Source: Trichoplax adhaerens
Lineage: Eukaryota > Animalia > Placozoa
Direction: 5' to 3'
NCBI RefSeq assembly: GCF_000150275.1
Contig: NW_002060946.1
Location: 4,173,454-4,237,453 of the forward strand
Length of the DNA: 64,000 bases
Shown: positions 1 to 13,439 of the stretch, one piece after another
How positions within the stretch are numbered: position 1 is the stretch's first letter
How the letters are laid out: each line of letters opens with the position of its first letter
Translations under genes and position numbers: made by a program
The notes under the pieces: generated by a model
The model's input: the letters and a program-made list of their open reading frames with translations, nothing else
The model's database searches: none
Told to the model about the DNA's origin: nothing

Positions 1-624
1 GTCTTTCTTTTCTAACCCATTCATAACATGATCACTGTTTTCCTTGTCTTCTTCAGCTTTTCCTCTTGCTGGATTATTTTCGCCTACTTTGCTCGTTTGA
101 TAACTACGTAATGATTCTTTTCGAGTACTGATATGATCCCGTTTACCTTGATCGTTTTCTTCGCCCTCTTCGTTATCATCAGCAAGCAATACTAACCAAG
201 CGATAACACTGGATGTTAGCGTAGCTACGGAAGAAGCCATGGCGATGTTGAGTGTTTCGCCTAATGATGATGATTGATCTAAGTCAATGGATGATTTAAC
301 AACTTCATCTGCCCATAACGTTAACTGAGCTAAAGAATAACGGACGTAATCCAATTTTGAAGTGAATTGATCGGAAGATGCTTGAGAGGAAATTCTGTTT
401 AAATTATATGAAATATTTAACAAGCATTTTTGCATAGAATGGTAAGATTCTTTGATTAAATTGGCTTCATCGGGGTTTTCAGTTGTAGACCTTTTATACC
501 CAACTGGACTAAATTTATCTGCAAAAATAACGATATCATGGCAGATTGAGGTGATTTCGCCAGCTGTACAATCGTCATTACCCAAGAGTTCTTGTAATTT
601 TTTTAATGACACAGCCGTTAATTC
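1..624 (-). CDS. Internal coding exon (runs off the window edge), probably RAPGEF1/C3G-like N-terminal region
   Basis: Acceptor tttag|GAA at 624 followed by 208 open codons (ELTAVSLKKLQELL...YSLAQLTLWADEVV...). YSLAQLTLWADEVV resembles the C3G N-terminal helical segment QSLANLIRWSDQVM as I recall it. Upstream exons not located. Confidence 0.45.
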
Positions 625-627
625 CTA

Positions 628-865
628 AATTGATCAAAGGATAATGTTACTATTGCAAGATGGTTTATTAAGATAGTAATTAACAGATATTATGCAATGA
701 ATTGCAACTTTGTAGATAATTGGATAATGTTAATATGCCAAAGATAGTTTATTGAGGTTGTAATTAACAGACATTATGTAATGAATTGCAACATTTTAGG
801 ATGGGATATTTAGACTTGATTGATCAATGGATAAAATTATTATTGTAAAGACATTTTACTGAGGA
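628..865. repeat. Degenerate ~84-bp tandem repeat (2-3 copies), intronic
   Basis: GTAATTAACAGAYATTATGYAATGAATTGCAAC recurs at ~676 and ~760; a partial third copy follows. Confidence 0.7.
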
Positions 866-1249
866 TTTAGTCTGCTTATGATATGAATACAAATTGCAGT
901 ACCGGCTGCAAATTATAGGTTAACGATCCTTTTACCAGAGTTTGCTAAGCGCAAGATCACCATTTTATATATTAAACTATTCCCCAACTTTCCTCACTCT
1001 AGCTGACGTGCAAAATTAAATTAGTTGTAATCGGCAAAGCTCTACAACTGTCCATTTGAAATTGGAAATTTTCCGCTTTGTGGGTCCATCTATTCAACCT
1101 AATTATGGCTATAGTCGCAACCTGAAAGTTCATTTACCAAACTTTACTATAAAAGTATAAGATTAACCTTTGCAGGTTAAAACTATTCCCAATTTCCCGA
1201 GTGTTGATGGCAAAATCCGGTTGATACGGTAGGAATGCGCAATGGTCAA

Positions 1250-1870
1250 TACAATTTGATAATGCCAAGATTTATTGTAAAAGAACGGGCTGACTATAGT
1301 ATGAATTTAAAAACTATCCAAGCGTTCTGTTAAACACACATGGATTAAAATACAGCGGAAGGATTCTCTATATATTATCAACGATGGATATAATAATTAG
1401 ATAGAGTAAACTAAAATATATATATATATATTTATCGATGATGAATAGAATCATTAGATAGACTAAAGTATAACATAAATGTGCGTATGCTGTATATATC
1501 GATAATGAATGTAATAATCAGATAGAGTAAACTATAATATATATTTATCGATGATGAATATAATACTGTAATTAGATAGGGTCAAACTATAACTTATTTT
1601 TTCACCTAGTTGTAGAACTATTTCTAATTTCCCGGCTATCAGTGATAAAGTTCAATTAGTAGTAATGTACCAAGTTCTACAATCTGACAATGTCATAATA
1701 AACGCCAAAATTTATTTTAAAAGAACGGCCTGAATATACTGTAGTATCAATTTAAAAACTATCCAAGTGTCCCGTCGAGCATACCTTGATTAAAACTCAA
1801 CGGAACGATTCTGTATGTATTATCGATGATGGATACAATAATTAATTAGATAGAGAAAACTATAAATCAT
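1250..1870. repeat. Dispersed ~170-bp direct duplication with short sub-repeats
   Basis: 1250-1420 is similar to 1690-1865 (AAAAGAACGG..TTTAAAAACTATCCAAG..GATTCT.TAT.TATTATC..ATTAGATAGAG.AAACTA). TATCGATGATGAATA..ATTAGATAG sub-repeats lie between them. Confidence 0.7.
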
Positions 1871-1901
1871 TTGCCTTCCTAGCTGTATGCTGGTGTTGCT
1901 A

Positions 1902-1932
1902 TAATCGATGATAGTATTACTATCATCGATTA
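1902..1932. other. Perfect inverted repeat (15-bp arms, 1-nt loop)
   Basis: TAATCGATGATAGTA-T-TACTATCATCGATTA. Confidence 0.9.
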
Positions 1933-4900
1933 ACCGTGGGAATTAATGACATGGGAAAGGCAGGGATCACACTTTACATAGGGTCTCCACTCTTGGTAGT
2001 TGATGTATTCCCTAATTCATTAATGATGAATAATAATGTTGTAAAGGAATAAAAAGACTGAAATAGTCGACGTGTAAGGAGTAAAAACACGACACAGAAG
2101 GGCTTCCAATCTATTGTAGTAGAACAAATTTAAATTGAAAACTTTAGCTATTGTTGAAATTTTTAATGGAAATATTTTATTGTCGTCAGTCTCCCGTAGC
2201 TGTACATCATATGTGGGCTTTTCGACAGAGTCTTATTTTAAAATCAATTAGCAGTTGCTGAAAAAAGACTGAAATCCCAGTCCTGCAATTTTTTTAATTT
2301 ATCAACGGCAAAATAGGAACTAATTCCCAGGAGTAAACTAGTTTTATTATGCCTTATAATTTAGTATTGCCGACAGGATTAGCCTAATTTTAAATTGTAT
2401 TCAAGGCTTGTTATCGAAAATCAACGCATTCCACGCATGCATTCATTTAATTATGGACGGATCCAGTTGACTTTTTCCGTCTAGAATCGTACTGGGCAAC
2501 TTCTTTCTTCAACATGGTGCCGCCATATTTTACGCTGAACAATAAAGTTGAATGCGAAAAAGTACAAGTCCAATTCAATGGAAAACAAGTAATCACTGAA
2601 GAATGTTGTTTTGGGAAGGGCACTGTCCATCTCGTGTATTATTTGAAAACTAGTAACTTACTCTCTAGATCATCATTTTAAAAAATTTTTGGATATGGTT
2701 TGATGATATCAACAACTTTTTTATTCGTCTATGGCTGTGGTCGTGACTCCTCAATCTTCTATCGCCTTTTTTTGTTGCTTTTACTTATAAATTCGCGTTG
2801 TTTATTTTGATCAGTAGTTTCAAGAGTTCGAAATCAATTGTCATAGAGGAAATAAATGACTAGTAGAGAACTTTCGTGGAAATTGTAATTTTTCTCTCAA
2901 TACTGATTATTTTTGTAGTTCTTTAGCAACTAAACTTGAAGAAGCATGATGTTATCGAAATCATGATTGAAAAATATCCAATAGATATCTAGTACAAGAA
3001 CGAGACAGCTTGAATGTGTAGATGGATAAACTGAATTTTCCTTCCCACGGTGTCTTTCTTTTTTTTGTTGTCCAATTTATAAATTTGATTTGATTTCTAT
3101 TCATTAATGGACATTCATGAAGCATATGAAGATAGTTAATCACCATCTTGCATTGAGAGAAAGAGATTCCTCTCAAGATAGGTTGAATGATCAACAATTC
3201 ATTAGATGAGGAAGTCAAAAGATAGCCAAAAAATTCCGAATTATTCATGTATGAATATTTTTCTGCTGCCCTGTGGGCACACCCTTTTTTCAAAATTACA
3301 GTTTTTGAATGCGTGTTGAGCAAGTAAATGAGTACAAAGACGATAGATTGATTAATCAAGTCATTTAGGATGGTCATGATGGAGTCTGTAGAATAGTAGG
3401 ATTCAAAAGTGTTAAATTAACGCGTCTTTTGTGACTTGATTGCTACAACATCAATTTTCAAACATAACATCAAGTCTAAAAATGGAAAGAAAATTACATT
3501 GTTCGTTATGGATGAGAGGATGATAAGCCATTTTACCTTGGTAGAATCATTGACTGATAGGATTGCCGTGGTAAAAGTAATTTTTTCCCCTCCCCTGCTC
3601 TTGATGATGACGAGGAGAGGGCACAGTGGTCTCCAGGACGTGCATTTGGTTAAAACAGAAGCAAGGAGAAGAGGTGGAGATTAATCGATAAATTCAATGT
3701 TTAATTTATTAATGATTGTCCCCATGATCGGAGAGGAAAGCCCTGAAATTCAAGCACTGCTATGACATCATGCTAGACCCCATCAATACTCGTTGACAAT
3801 ATAACATAAATCATTAGCATAATAGAGTCGCCAAGGGTAAATAGATTTCATCATTAAATTGATGAATAAAATCAAAATAATACTCAGCGGCGAAAGACTA
3901 TAGATGAACAAACAAAGCGTAGAAACGGATAAAATAGTACACTAGTCTTGCTATGGCCATCATAATAGGCATGGACAAAAAATGGCTAGCAAACAGTGAT
4001 GTTGAATTGTGGATTGTTACAATCAAATCTTCCAATTCCTCTTTGTCCCTAACTGATTGTTGCTGATTGTTTTAGTTGAAATGGAATCATTAAATTCGCA
4101 TCGTCGATTTGATGATCGCCATTCCAACATGTCAATATTCAATTCACTACTAGAATTGTTGGCTAGTGGTAACGTGAGGATGGATTTAGGTTATTGTTGT
4201 TTAATATTATTTTTTGCTATGGTGGATGGTTATTCTCAACGACCAGGTCGATAATGTCGATCAAGACTACCTGTTGAAATCTATCATTTCGCTTAGCTCT
4301 TTTTTTCCATCGAATAATCCATGTCTAGATGTCGTCGTTATGAGTCAAAAAGGGAGAGAAGTACAATTAACCTTATAGGGGAGATGAATTCATCACGGGG
4401 TCGAGAGGAAAAAAATCGATCTAATATCCTATTGGGATGAAAAAAGAAACTTTTTCCACGCTAAAAATGTATCTGTTATCGGTCTAATGGATCGATTCCA
4501 ATAGATAATATTTCATATTTAATTGAAAATAGATTGATAGAGGAATAAAATGAATGACAAATGGATTGCATGTGGTTATGAATCCACTGTGGTTCTATAA
4601 GCCACTAAAATGAAGATATACCCGTAGACTCTTATTGAATCTTGTTCGCACCTTAACTTTTATCGACAACGACAGTAATCTAATCATGAAATAACGCCTA
4701 TAGTCTTCCATTTTAGTTTGAAAATTAATTTTACAAGGGGATAAAATAGTTGACTGATTTTGTACGTTGTTCCTCTATCATAAGGTATTACTGACAGAAA
4801 ATTAGATGAAACGATGACGTCGTCGTTTGCAAATTCATTTCTGTCTGCATGGCCAAGAATGTAATCCTTAGGTAACGCTAATAAAATTGCATTTTAATTA

Positions 4901-5280
4901 GTAAAACACACAGTCCATTGACAATAAACATAACCTCGTGAAAATCTAATCGATTCTAGAGGAAAATTAGCTTGATTACCAATTTCACTGGGTGTTAATT
5001 ACATTATATAAATTTTAAACAAAGCCATTAAAAAATGGATTGGATTTTTTGGTTCTTTCCGATCGAGTGTAGTAATACGCTTAGTGTAACCATGAATGAA
5101 ATTTTTTATAGGTAGTCCATAAGACATGGTTGTCTTTCTGTATCTGGTTGTGAAATTCCATCTGCTTAGTATCGATGAGGATAGCATTTGGAATTGGATA
5201 GGCAAAAACTCGAGTCTTGCACCTTGTCTATTTCTAACTGTTAGAATATTCAAACTTGAACTAGACTATCTTGAACATCA

Positions 5281-5480
5281 GCTCAATATTTCCCTGTTGA
5301 ATATCATGGACACGCTACCATCGGCTCGATATTTCCGTCTTTAATATCATTGACACGCTACCATCAGTTGGATATTTCCGCCTTCAACGTTATTAACATC
5401 CGCTAAATATTCCTTACTTGAATATCATTGATATGCTACTATCAGTTCAATACTTCCTTCTTGAACATCAAGGACAATGT
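5281..5480. repeat. ~43-bp degenerate tandem repeat, ~4.5 copies
   Basis: Unit approximately GCTCAATATTTCCNTNTTGAATATCATTGACACGCTACCATCA. Confidence 0.75.
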
Positions 5481-8400
5481 CCATGATTTGCCCTATTCTA
5501 TCCGCTAAAGTAATTTCTACCTCTGACAAATTTATGTATTTTTAAGAGAGAATGAAGAAAGTCCTATTGCGAGCATCCATGTTTCCTTAACTCAGTCTCT
5601 AGATATGCTACTACATATGGTAAGCGTCCATCTGTGGAAATAAGGGGAAACAAAGTCTAATGCATGATTGTACCATGAAAGAATGAATGTCTATCCTTTC
5701 TTGCCTACTATTTCTACTGTCCATGGATAATCAAGTAAAGTAGAATAGACGATCGTGTTTTCGATTCCTAACTGAATAATCAATTTACGGGTTTTCCAAT
5801 TGAAAGCTGAATATTGGAAAATTAATCTTCTATTGTTTTTTTATTAAACATCACTTTTAGCACTACCTTGATCAATGATGGACAATTGCCTGCAAGAAGC
5901 GAGAATAATAACAAGGAAATGAAGAAAATTTTCCTTAAGTTAACCTTTGCTTTATTACAGTACTAGGAAATAGATGAATTCTATTCAGACTACTCTAATA
6001 ACGATCATGATTCCTTCCGCTATCCACCTCCTCCCCGTCTAAAATGAATTAGCGTTTGTATTTTTGGATCACTTTCTTCCGTATATATGGATCTCTTTCA
6101 GTTCTAAAAGAACTTTCTTACTGTTAACAGTCTACTGGATTGGATTATTTGTCCGTTCCATTCGCTCTAACATATTATGTGGTTATCATGTTGAATTTTA
6201 CACTTCAAGGTAGATAATGGTCAACTGTAGGAATTGATTAATTATCATTTGAAAATGGGATAGTTAGACTTTATTTGTAAGTGTTGGACGATATTTAACA
6301 CCTACGTATACGTGTTCACTCAACTGAGACCTAGGAGTGGTTACTACAGTAATTAGAGATATTTTCTTGACAAGGATGGAAAAGCAATTTATTCTAATTT
6401 CCATGGATGTTTTCACAAGCATATTTTCGTGTATAGCAGTAATCGGATACTTTTTTTTTTACCAATTCTGTGATATTATTATGAATGGCTGAAGTGTATG
6501 GTCTCATAATATATCATCATAAGCAAATGAACTAAATAGGAGTCCCATGGTTGTAAAATCCACTAAAATGAACTCCCTCAATAGAGTCTAAACAACTGGA
6601 TATCAACACTTTATTGCGTTAGCGTTGTTGTTACTCCTCCTATTGGAAATTTACAAGAAACCATTGGAAATGATGGATAAATTGATTTTCAACCGTGGAA
6701 GATTGATATTCTACTCGTAGGATTGTTTAACATGATGGGTTGATTTTGAACAAGGATCAAATGATGCTCAATGAAAAAGATAATTATTAGCACAAAAGGC
6801 CAAAATACTGGCCGATTGGAAAAATCAATTTCAATGTATATTGTCCATCAAGATGGACATTGGCAAAGGCATGATTGAAAAATACGATTGATTCCATCCG
6901 TGTAGAATTTAATCTTTCCTAGCCAACTTACATGACATGTTGATTTTGTTTTTGAGGATGTTGAGGTCGTTTTAGCTTTGTCTGTTATCTCCATTTTCTT
7001 GTCAATTCCTGTATAGACGTTAGTTGTAGAGGATGTCGACAACTACGTTTCTCTCTGGCAATGAAGAGTTTGATTGATAAATTCTTCTTTTTCAAGCCAG
7101 AAGCGGGGAGGATAAAACACAATAAAGATTTTTTCCTATTGTTGCTATTTTATTCATGACCTGTTGCTTGATTAATCAATGCATAATTGTGTACATAGGC
7201 TGCAACACGGTAGGTACATAATGATGATGAAAATGATGGTGATGAAAGGTGTCTACGATTTAATGGAGTGGAATGACAATTTTTTCTTCCTTGTCATTGA
7301 CAACAACACTCGTAGATCGATTCTGCTAGCTTATTCTACTGTTTCGTTCTATCTGTGTTGATAACGAGGAATAAAATTATTCCTTGTCAGGATGAGAATT
7401 TATTCATTTTTCATCCTTATAAAATAGGCCATGATTAATGGAATGGAAGGAGGAAAGGAAAGTAAATTGACTCATTAACGACGAGATAGATCAACAAAGT
7501 TGCCGTTCTCGGCCATCGTTGATTTGAACATGGCCGAAATGATGATAATCCACCATCACAACAGACGGCCACTATCCTTATTGATGATCCATTGAATACA
7601 GGACTGTTCGATATCGTTACCATTTATTCTTTTTTTCCCTTACTATGGTATTATATAATTATTAATTATTTTTTTTCCTCCTTAATATATTCAATACTTT
7701 TATAGGAATTATTATTTCCCCCACTCGACAATATCTGCTTGACGTTAATACCACGCGTGGATAGTGTGGTAGTCAAGTTTAGTGTAAGAAAATGATTGTC
7801 AACTTTTGATAGACAATCGATTCATGTTTTAATTAATAAATGGACCCACCAGGTCATACCCACTGGCATTTTTTTGCTAGGAAAATGATGGCTGTTAACA
7901 ATAGCGTAATTAAATAGTAGAAGCCATTAGCTTAATGGAACTTTTTCAATGGTCGCAGTATACAAAATGATAATAAACACAAATTAACACGTTGCATCAT
8001 TGGTTGAAAAGACAATTAATGTTGCGTAAAACCTCGGTCGGCAAAAATTGATCCAACTCAGGTAAAAATCAATTAGGATATTAAATATAGGAGAGAAGAA
8101 TATCGTTGACGCAAGGCAATATCGTGTCAATCAAGTCCAACCCAATACAGTAGACTAAGAAAGAAAAGATGGCATCCATCCATTGACATCGTAGATCAAA
8201 TGCCGTGCTAGTTTTGGGGAGGGGGATATCCACGAGTATACTTTCTAAAAAGAGCCGTTAGCTACAGGAATTTCATTCCTACACTGCTCGTGAGATTGGA
8301 AAGGGCATTGCTGTAGTGTAGTAGCAGTAGAAAAAAAAAATAGTCATGGCATTCAAGCATTTCAATTTTGACAGGAAGAAAAATTCTTCTTGACTTTACT

Positions 8401-9821
8401 GGATGTTAGCAATACGATAGGGTTAGGATAGGATTTCAAGGAATTGTATTACAAGCCATTTCGCCGTAGTGATATCGAGAAGAAAAAATATCTCGGTCGA
8501 CTAACAAGCGCTAAGCTGTTTTTATTCTACAGATTTTTTTTTACTGTCTAAAATACTGTACAAGGAGAGACGTCGACTGTTTTCAACCTTATTAATTTAT
8601 CAATGTGTTATCGTATCCGCTAGAGAATAGTCCTAGTCAATGCGTTAGCGAAAATAATATCATCCTCCTTTTCCTATTTTTGATCCTTTTATGAATACTA
8701 TTAATACATCCAGTCGAGTTGGTTTTATTCATATCGTTTAAACAATAAATAAACTGTAGAATACAATTACATCCAATTCTAAATATGACAACGACAATAT
8801 GTCTATGTATCAAGTCGCCAAGATGGATATCTTTCTTGACTTTTCCCTCCCTAAGAGGATTAGTTAAAATATAGACATCGCCATTGGAATGTCCTTGGAT
8901 GTAATAGCAAGTTGTCGTTCGATCATCTCTCTATGCAACATTTTTCAAATTCTTTGCCACAACTTAATCAAGAATTCTAGTATCGTCGACTATTTAATTA
9001 CATTGTCATAGCACTACGGAATTTTCAAAGTGACAACTTGTAATTATTTCTCATCATTTTCTATCATTCATCGACCTGTTGTTTCAATATGATAATTATG
9101 CTATTCTGTCTTGCTTTTTCTTTATTATGCTTGATCACGTCGCTATTTTTCATTCTAAAATTATGCTTAGAATGTATTATCCATTCCTAGACAATATTAC
9201 TTGTGGAATACTATAGATGACCAGCGTAATTGGAATAGGTATGGCCAAGCATGTTGACTCATCTCCATGTAAAGCAATTATTTTATTTTTCGACACGACA
9301 GACACTTTGAACTGTTTCTACCTTATTTCTCTTTGATTCTATTTTAGGCCATGATGAGGAAGCATCAGCAATAGGTCGAGATAGGAAGAATGACTGAAAG
9401 AAAGGTTTGATCTTTTACCGAGGAGAGAACAGGGAAAATAAAGTTTCGATGAAAATATTGTCTTGATATTCTATTGCCTCAAGACAATCGCTCTAATTAA
9501 TCACGGAACAAATAATAAAATCCTAAACAAGGAACTTTAATATCGTATCGTCAATAAGCTAATCTTTCCTATAAATCCATCAATTCAATTCTTTTCTATA
9601 GTAGAAAAAAGACTATTCAATACCTTAAACTACGATAGTTTTGAAAAAAAAATTCAATTCTATTCAATTGCTACTTGTCAATGATGGTGTTTAGTTCTCT
9701 ATGATATTGTTGGACGGAGATTTTGCAACAATAGTAGCGTAGGTTGCATATTTTTAAAAGAGTTAGAATTATTTTTCAAAATGTTGTCTCATTTAGACGA
9801 CATTCATTATCTTGTCCTATT

Positions 9822-11040
9822 CGATATTGAAACGATATACAGTACATCATTTTCAATATTTCACCTGGAAAGCGAAATAAAATGTTTCCAATACTGGAAA
9901 CGATATCAATTGTGATGGGAAACGACATAAATTGTTTTCAATATTTTACCTTGAAAGCGAAATATAATGTTTCTAATATTGGAAACGAAATAAATTGTTT
10001 CTAATACTGGAAACGATATCAATTGTGATGGGAAACAACATAAATTGTATTCAATATTTCACCTTGAAAGCGAAATATAATGTTTCTAATATTGGAAACG
10101 AAATAAATTGTTTCTGATACTGGAAACGATATCAATTGTGATGGGAAACAACATAAATTGTATCCAATATTGCACATCAGAAACGAAATAAACTATTTCT
10201 AATATTACATAAAGGAAACGATATAAATTGTCTCTAATATTGCACATTGGATTCGATATAAACTGTTTCTAATACTGTCCATTGGAAGCAATACAATTAT
10301 TTCTAGTATTGGACATTGGAAACGATGTCAATTGGGATTGGAAACGACATCAATTGTTTCTAATATTGCACAGTAGAGACCATATAAACTGTTTCTAATG
10401 CTGCCCATTGGAAACGATATAAATTGTTTTTAATATTATACATTAGAAACGATACAAATTTTTTATATATATATAAACATATATTATGCATTGGAAACGT
10501 TATAAATTGTTTCTAATATTATGCTCATACGTTAGAAGCGATATAAATTGTCTCTAATATTGCACATTGTAAACAAAATAAAGTGTTTTAATTATTCCAT
10601 ATTGCAAACGATATCAATGGCTTGCAATATTCCACATTGGTAACGATATAAACTATTTTTAATTATTTGACATTGAAAACGATACAAAATGATTTTAATG
10701 TTTCACGTAGCAAACGATATAAATTGTTTTCAGGATTCCCTATTAGGAAGCATGGAAACAATTCTTTAATCGTATTGGACATTGGGAACGACAAAAACTA
10801 TTTCTTAATCATTTTCCTCATTGGAAGCGATAAAGATTTTAATAACTCACATCGGAAACGATATGAACTGATTTTACATAAAAAACGACATCGATACTTT
10901 CAGTATATTCCACATTAGAAACTCTTTCAATATTCCACATCGGTAACCATATAAATTGCTTTACATTGAAAACGACATAAATACATTTCAATATTAGAAA
11001 ATTATACAAATGCTTTAGTATTCCTCATTTAAAACGATTG
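9822..11040. repeat. Array of ~35-bp imperfect-palindrome repeats (~30 units) with a 113-bp higher-order triplication
   Basis: Consensus approximately CATTGGAAACGATATAAATTGTTTCTAATATTGCA. TACTGGAAACGATATCAATTGTGATGGG recurs at 9892, 10005 and 10118. Confidence 0.9.
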
Positions 11041-13439
11041 TTTAATCTGAATAAAAATGATCACTTTGAACATTTTCTTTGAAGTGACAATCAAAATATT
11101 AATTAGAAAGGATTGCGCAAGATTGAATGCTATTCATCAAAATTTCCAACTTGTTACAGCTGTGATTGATATTTTCTAGTTTGCTGCAATCCTATTTATC
11201 AACCGATTCTTTTTCGGCTTTAGCCAAGTGTTTACTGTCTAGTGGATGAGCATGTCACGTAACTGACATCTTATTAATACTGATCAACAACCTTGATGGA
11301 TGGATGGAGAAATCAATGAAAGATTTTTACCATTTATTCCCCTTTATTATGATAGGCTTCAACACAGAGTTGCAATAAAAACTGATAGTAAATGTGTTTA
11401 TTAAACCGGGAGAATCGGTAAGTATAATATGACGAGAGAGGCAGGATGCATCAATAATCAATATATATATAATAATCCAAGAAAAATTATTTTCTTTTTT
11501 AATTTGTAATCCTCACCATCCTTGAACAAGGAGTGGATCATCAGGGAAGATATTCTCTTCCATTCTTAAATGATGCTCTTCATCATTCTGCATAATCTAT
11601 TTGTACCATTAGTACAATAAGCAAAACAACATTCACGTCATAAACCATTATGCCGGTATCAATAATAATAATATGTTTACCGTACATCAACGGGGGCTAT
11701 CCAGCTTACTATGTATGGAGAAAAATCTTCCACAAACCTATTAGTAACTTATTGATCATGTCTTATTTTATACGATGCCGACCGCTAAGATAGCAGGTTA
11801 CTCTTCTAGTCTATTCTCCAAAGTGAAGAGTTGAACCTCCAAATTGGAGATGTTGATGCAAATGGATGTTGTTTAGCGCTATGACAATAGAACATGATAT
11901 TGCCATAGCATCAAGATGATGACTAAGAAAACAAATTTAATTTTCATATACTTTAGGTCTTGCCATACAATTTCTTTTTATGCCATTTCTATTAGATATT
12001 TGCATCGGTAAAATAGAAAAGAAACAGCAGAAAACTGACCTATACAATGAAAACAATCATTCAATTACACCATCATGAAGAGAGGCAAGGCACATTTTAT
12101 TAGTTTACTGTTTCGTTGTCAACAAGTTGATTCTAATTTGTAAGAGAAAGATTATGAATGTTCAAATTGGACAGTGATCGTACGGATAGGACTATTATTT
12201 TCTTCCAACCAACAAGTTAATAAATATCCTTACGCTATCCAATCTCCAAGATAAACCAAGACGACCGAATAGGGAATCAGCTGGAAAGAAACATTCAGTT
12301 AGATTACATCACGCATAAAGTAGTTTATCAGAAATGGTTGAAATATTCTCCCCTTTATCGTCTAATTAGAAACTAGTGTCTTAGCTAACTGTATAATAGT
12401 ACAGTATTTAATACGGAAGCAAATCTATTCAAGTTTTTAGGCTTATTGACAAGCTAAATTCCTTTATTCCATTCTCATAAACATTCTTGTTATTCCTAAA
12501 ATTTGCATAACAAGGCTAATAGAATCTTTTCATTACAACAAGCGTAATATATGTGGGACTTCCATTTCAATTATGGTCATCAACATAACAATAGCAGGCA
12601 AAATCCTTCCATACCGGTCATCAATTAGGACTCTAAATTTACCATATATCATGAACAAGTTATTGTTTTATCATGTGGAATAATTAGAATCACTATCATT
12701 TGCAATAGGATAGGCTTTCGTTCTATGACGCTCAAAAAAGTTCCTTTTAACCCGTTATCATAATAAAAGGTAATTATCCTTTTTCACTTTGGTCGGCGTC
12801 ATGACCACTTGAAAATAGATTGTGCTTATTCAATTAGAGGGAATGCAATTTTTCAACTATCTAAATAGCTTGCATAACGGTTAAAAGGAAGTTTCTAGTG
12901 AAAATGACACTCATCACTATCATGCATTTAGAGAAATTCTACATTTTGCAATGAATGATCAATGACGCTAGTAGAAACATAACGGATAATTTTATTTCTA
13001 CCCCTATGTGTAGCTCTGAAGGAAAAGTAGCCTATTAATTTTTACTGGCTGTACTTTATTAATCAAGTTGATGACCAGATTCAAATTTAACTGTAAATGA
13101 ATACGATGCTTGATAGCCGAAAACTTAGTTATACAAGCCTTGACCTAGTCGAGAATGATCAATCACTTTTGCCTAAATAGTTATCTCTATATTGCAGCCA
13201 CAGAGTGTTGAACCCTTATACTGTATTTTGGCTTTTCCTAGCTACCTTGTAAGTAGGTTGATTATGTACTTATTTTGTATCAACTATCATGCTGGTATGG
13301 CTACCTTAATATACAATATACAGCATCCTACCTGTAGAGTTACACTTAAAGTACTCTAAGAAAATTAATTAAATTATGAGCCATTATATCTGGTGTCTCA
13401 AAAATAATATGATAAAAGTTCCGTAGTAATTCTAGACTT

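Larger units (their letters stand above)
1933..12900 (+). pseudogene. Island of decayed, apparently intronless coding-like sequence (possible endogenous viral or mobile relic); boundaries approximate
   Basis: Long single-frame, protein-like stretches broken by scattered stops (e.g. ~4220-5340, ~7740-8535). Two pairs of internally paralogous motifs (2604-2650 vs 8206-8250; 4580-4614 vs 6541-6572). No recognisable domain. Confidence 0.4.

Noticed and set aside
2961-3377. 138-aa minus-strand ORF as a real gene
   Set aside because: No recognisable domain or splice context; it lies within the decayed island, where the more protein-like frames are on the plus strand.
8417-8427. TAGGGTTAGG as a telomerase template or telomeric seed
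   Set aside because: A single short match that is expected by chance.
9822-11040. CRISPR array
   Set aside because: The units are palindromic but directly tandem and degenerate, with no unique spacers, no cas genes, and a eukaryotic context.
11517-11596. Exon-like minus-strand segment IMQNDEEHHLRMEENIFPDDPLLVQGW
   Set aside because: Phase is incompatible with the exon at 624, there is no homology, and it lies inside the decayed island.
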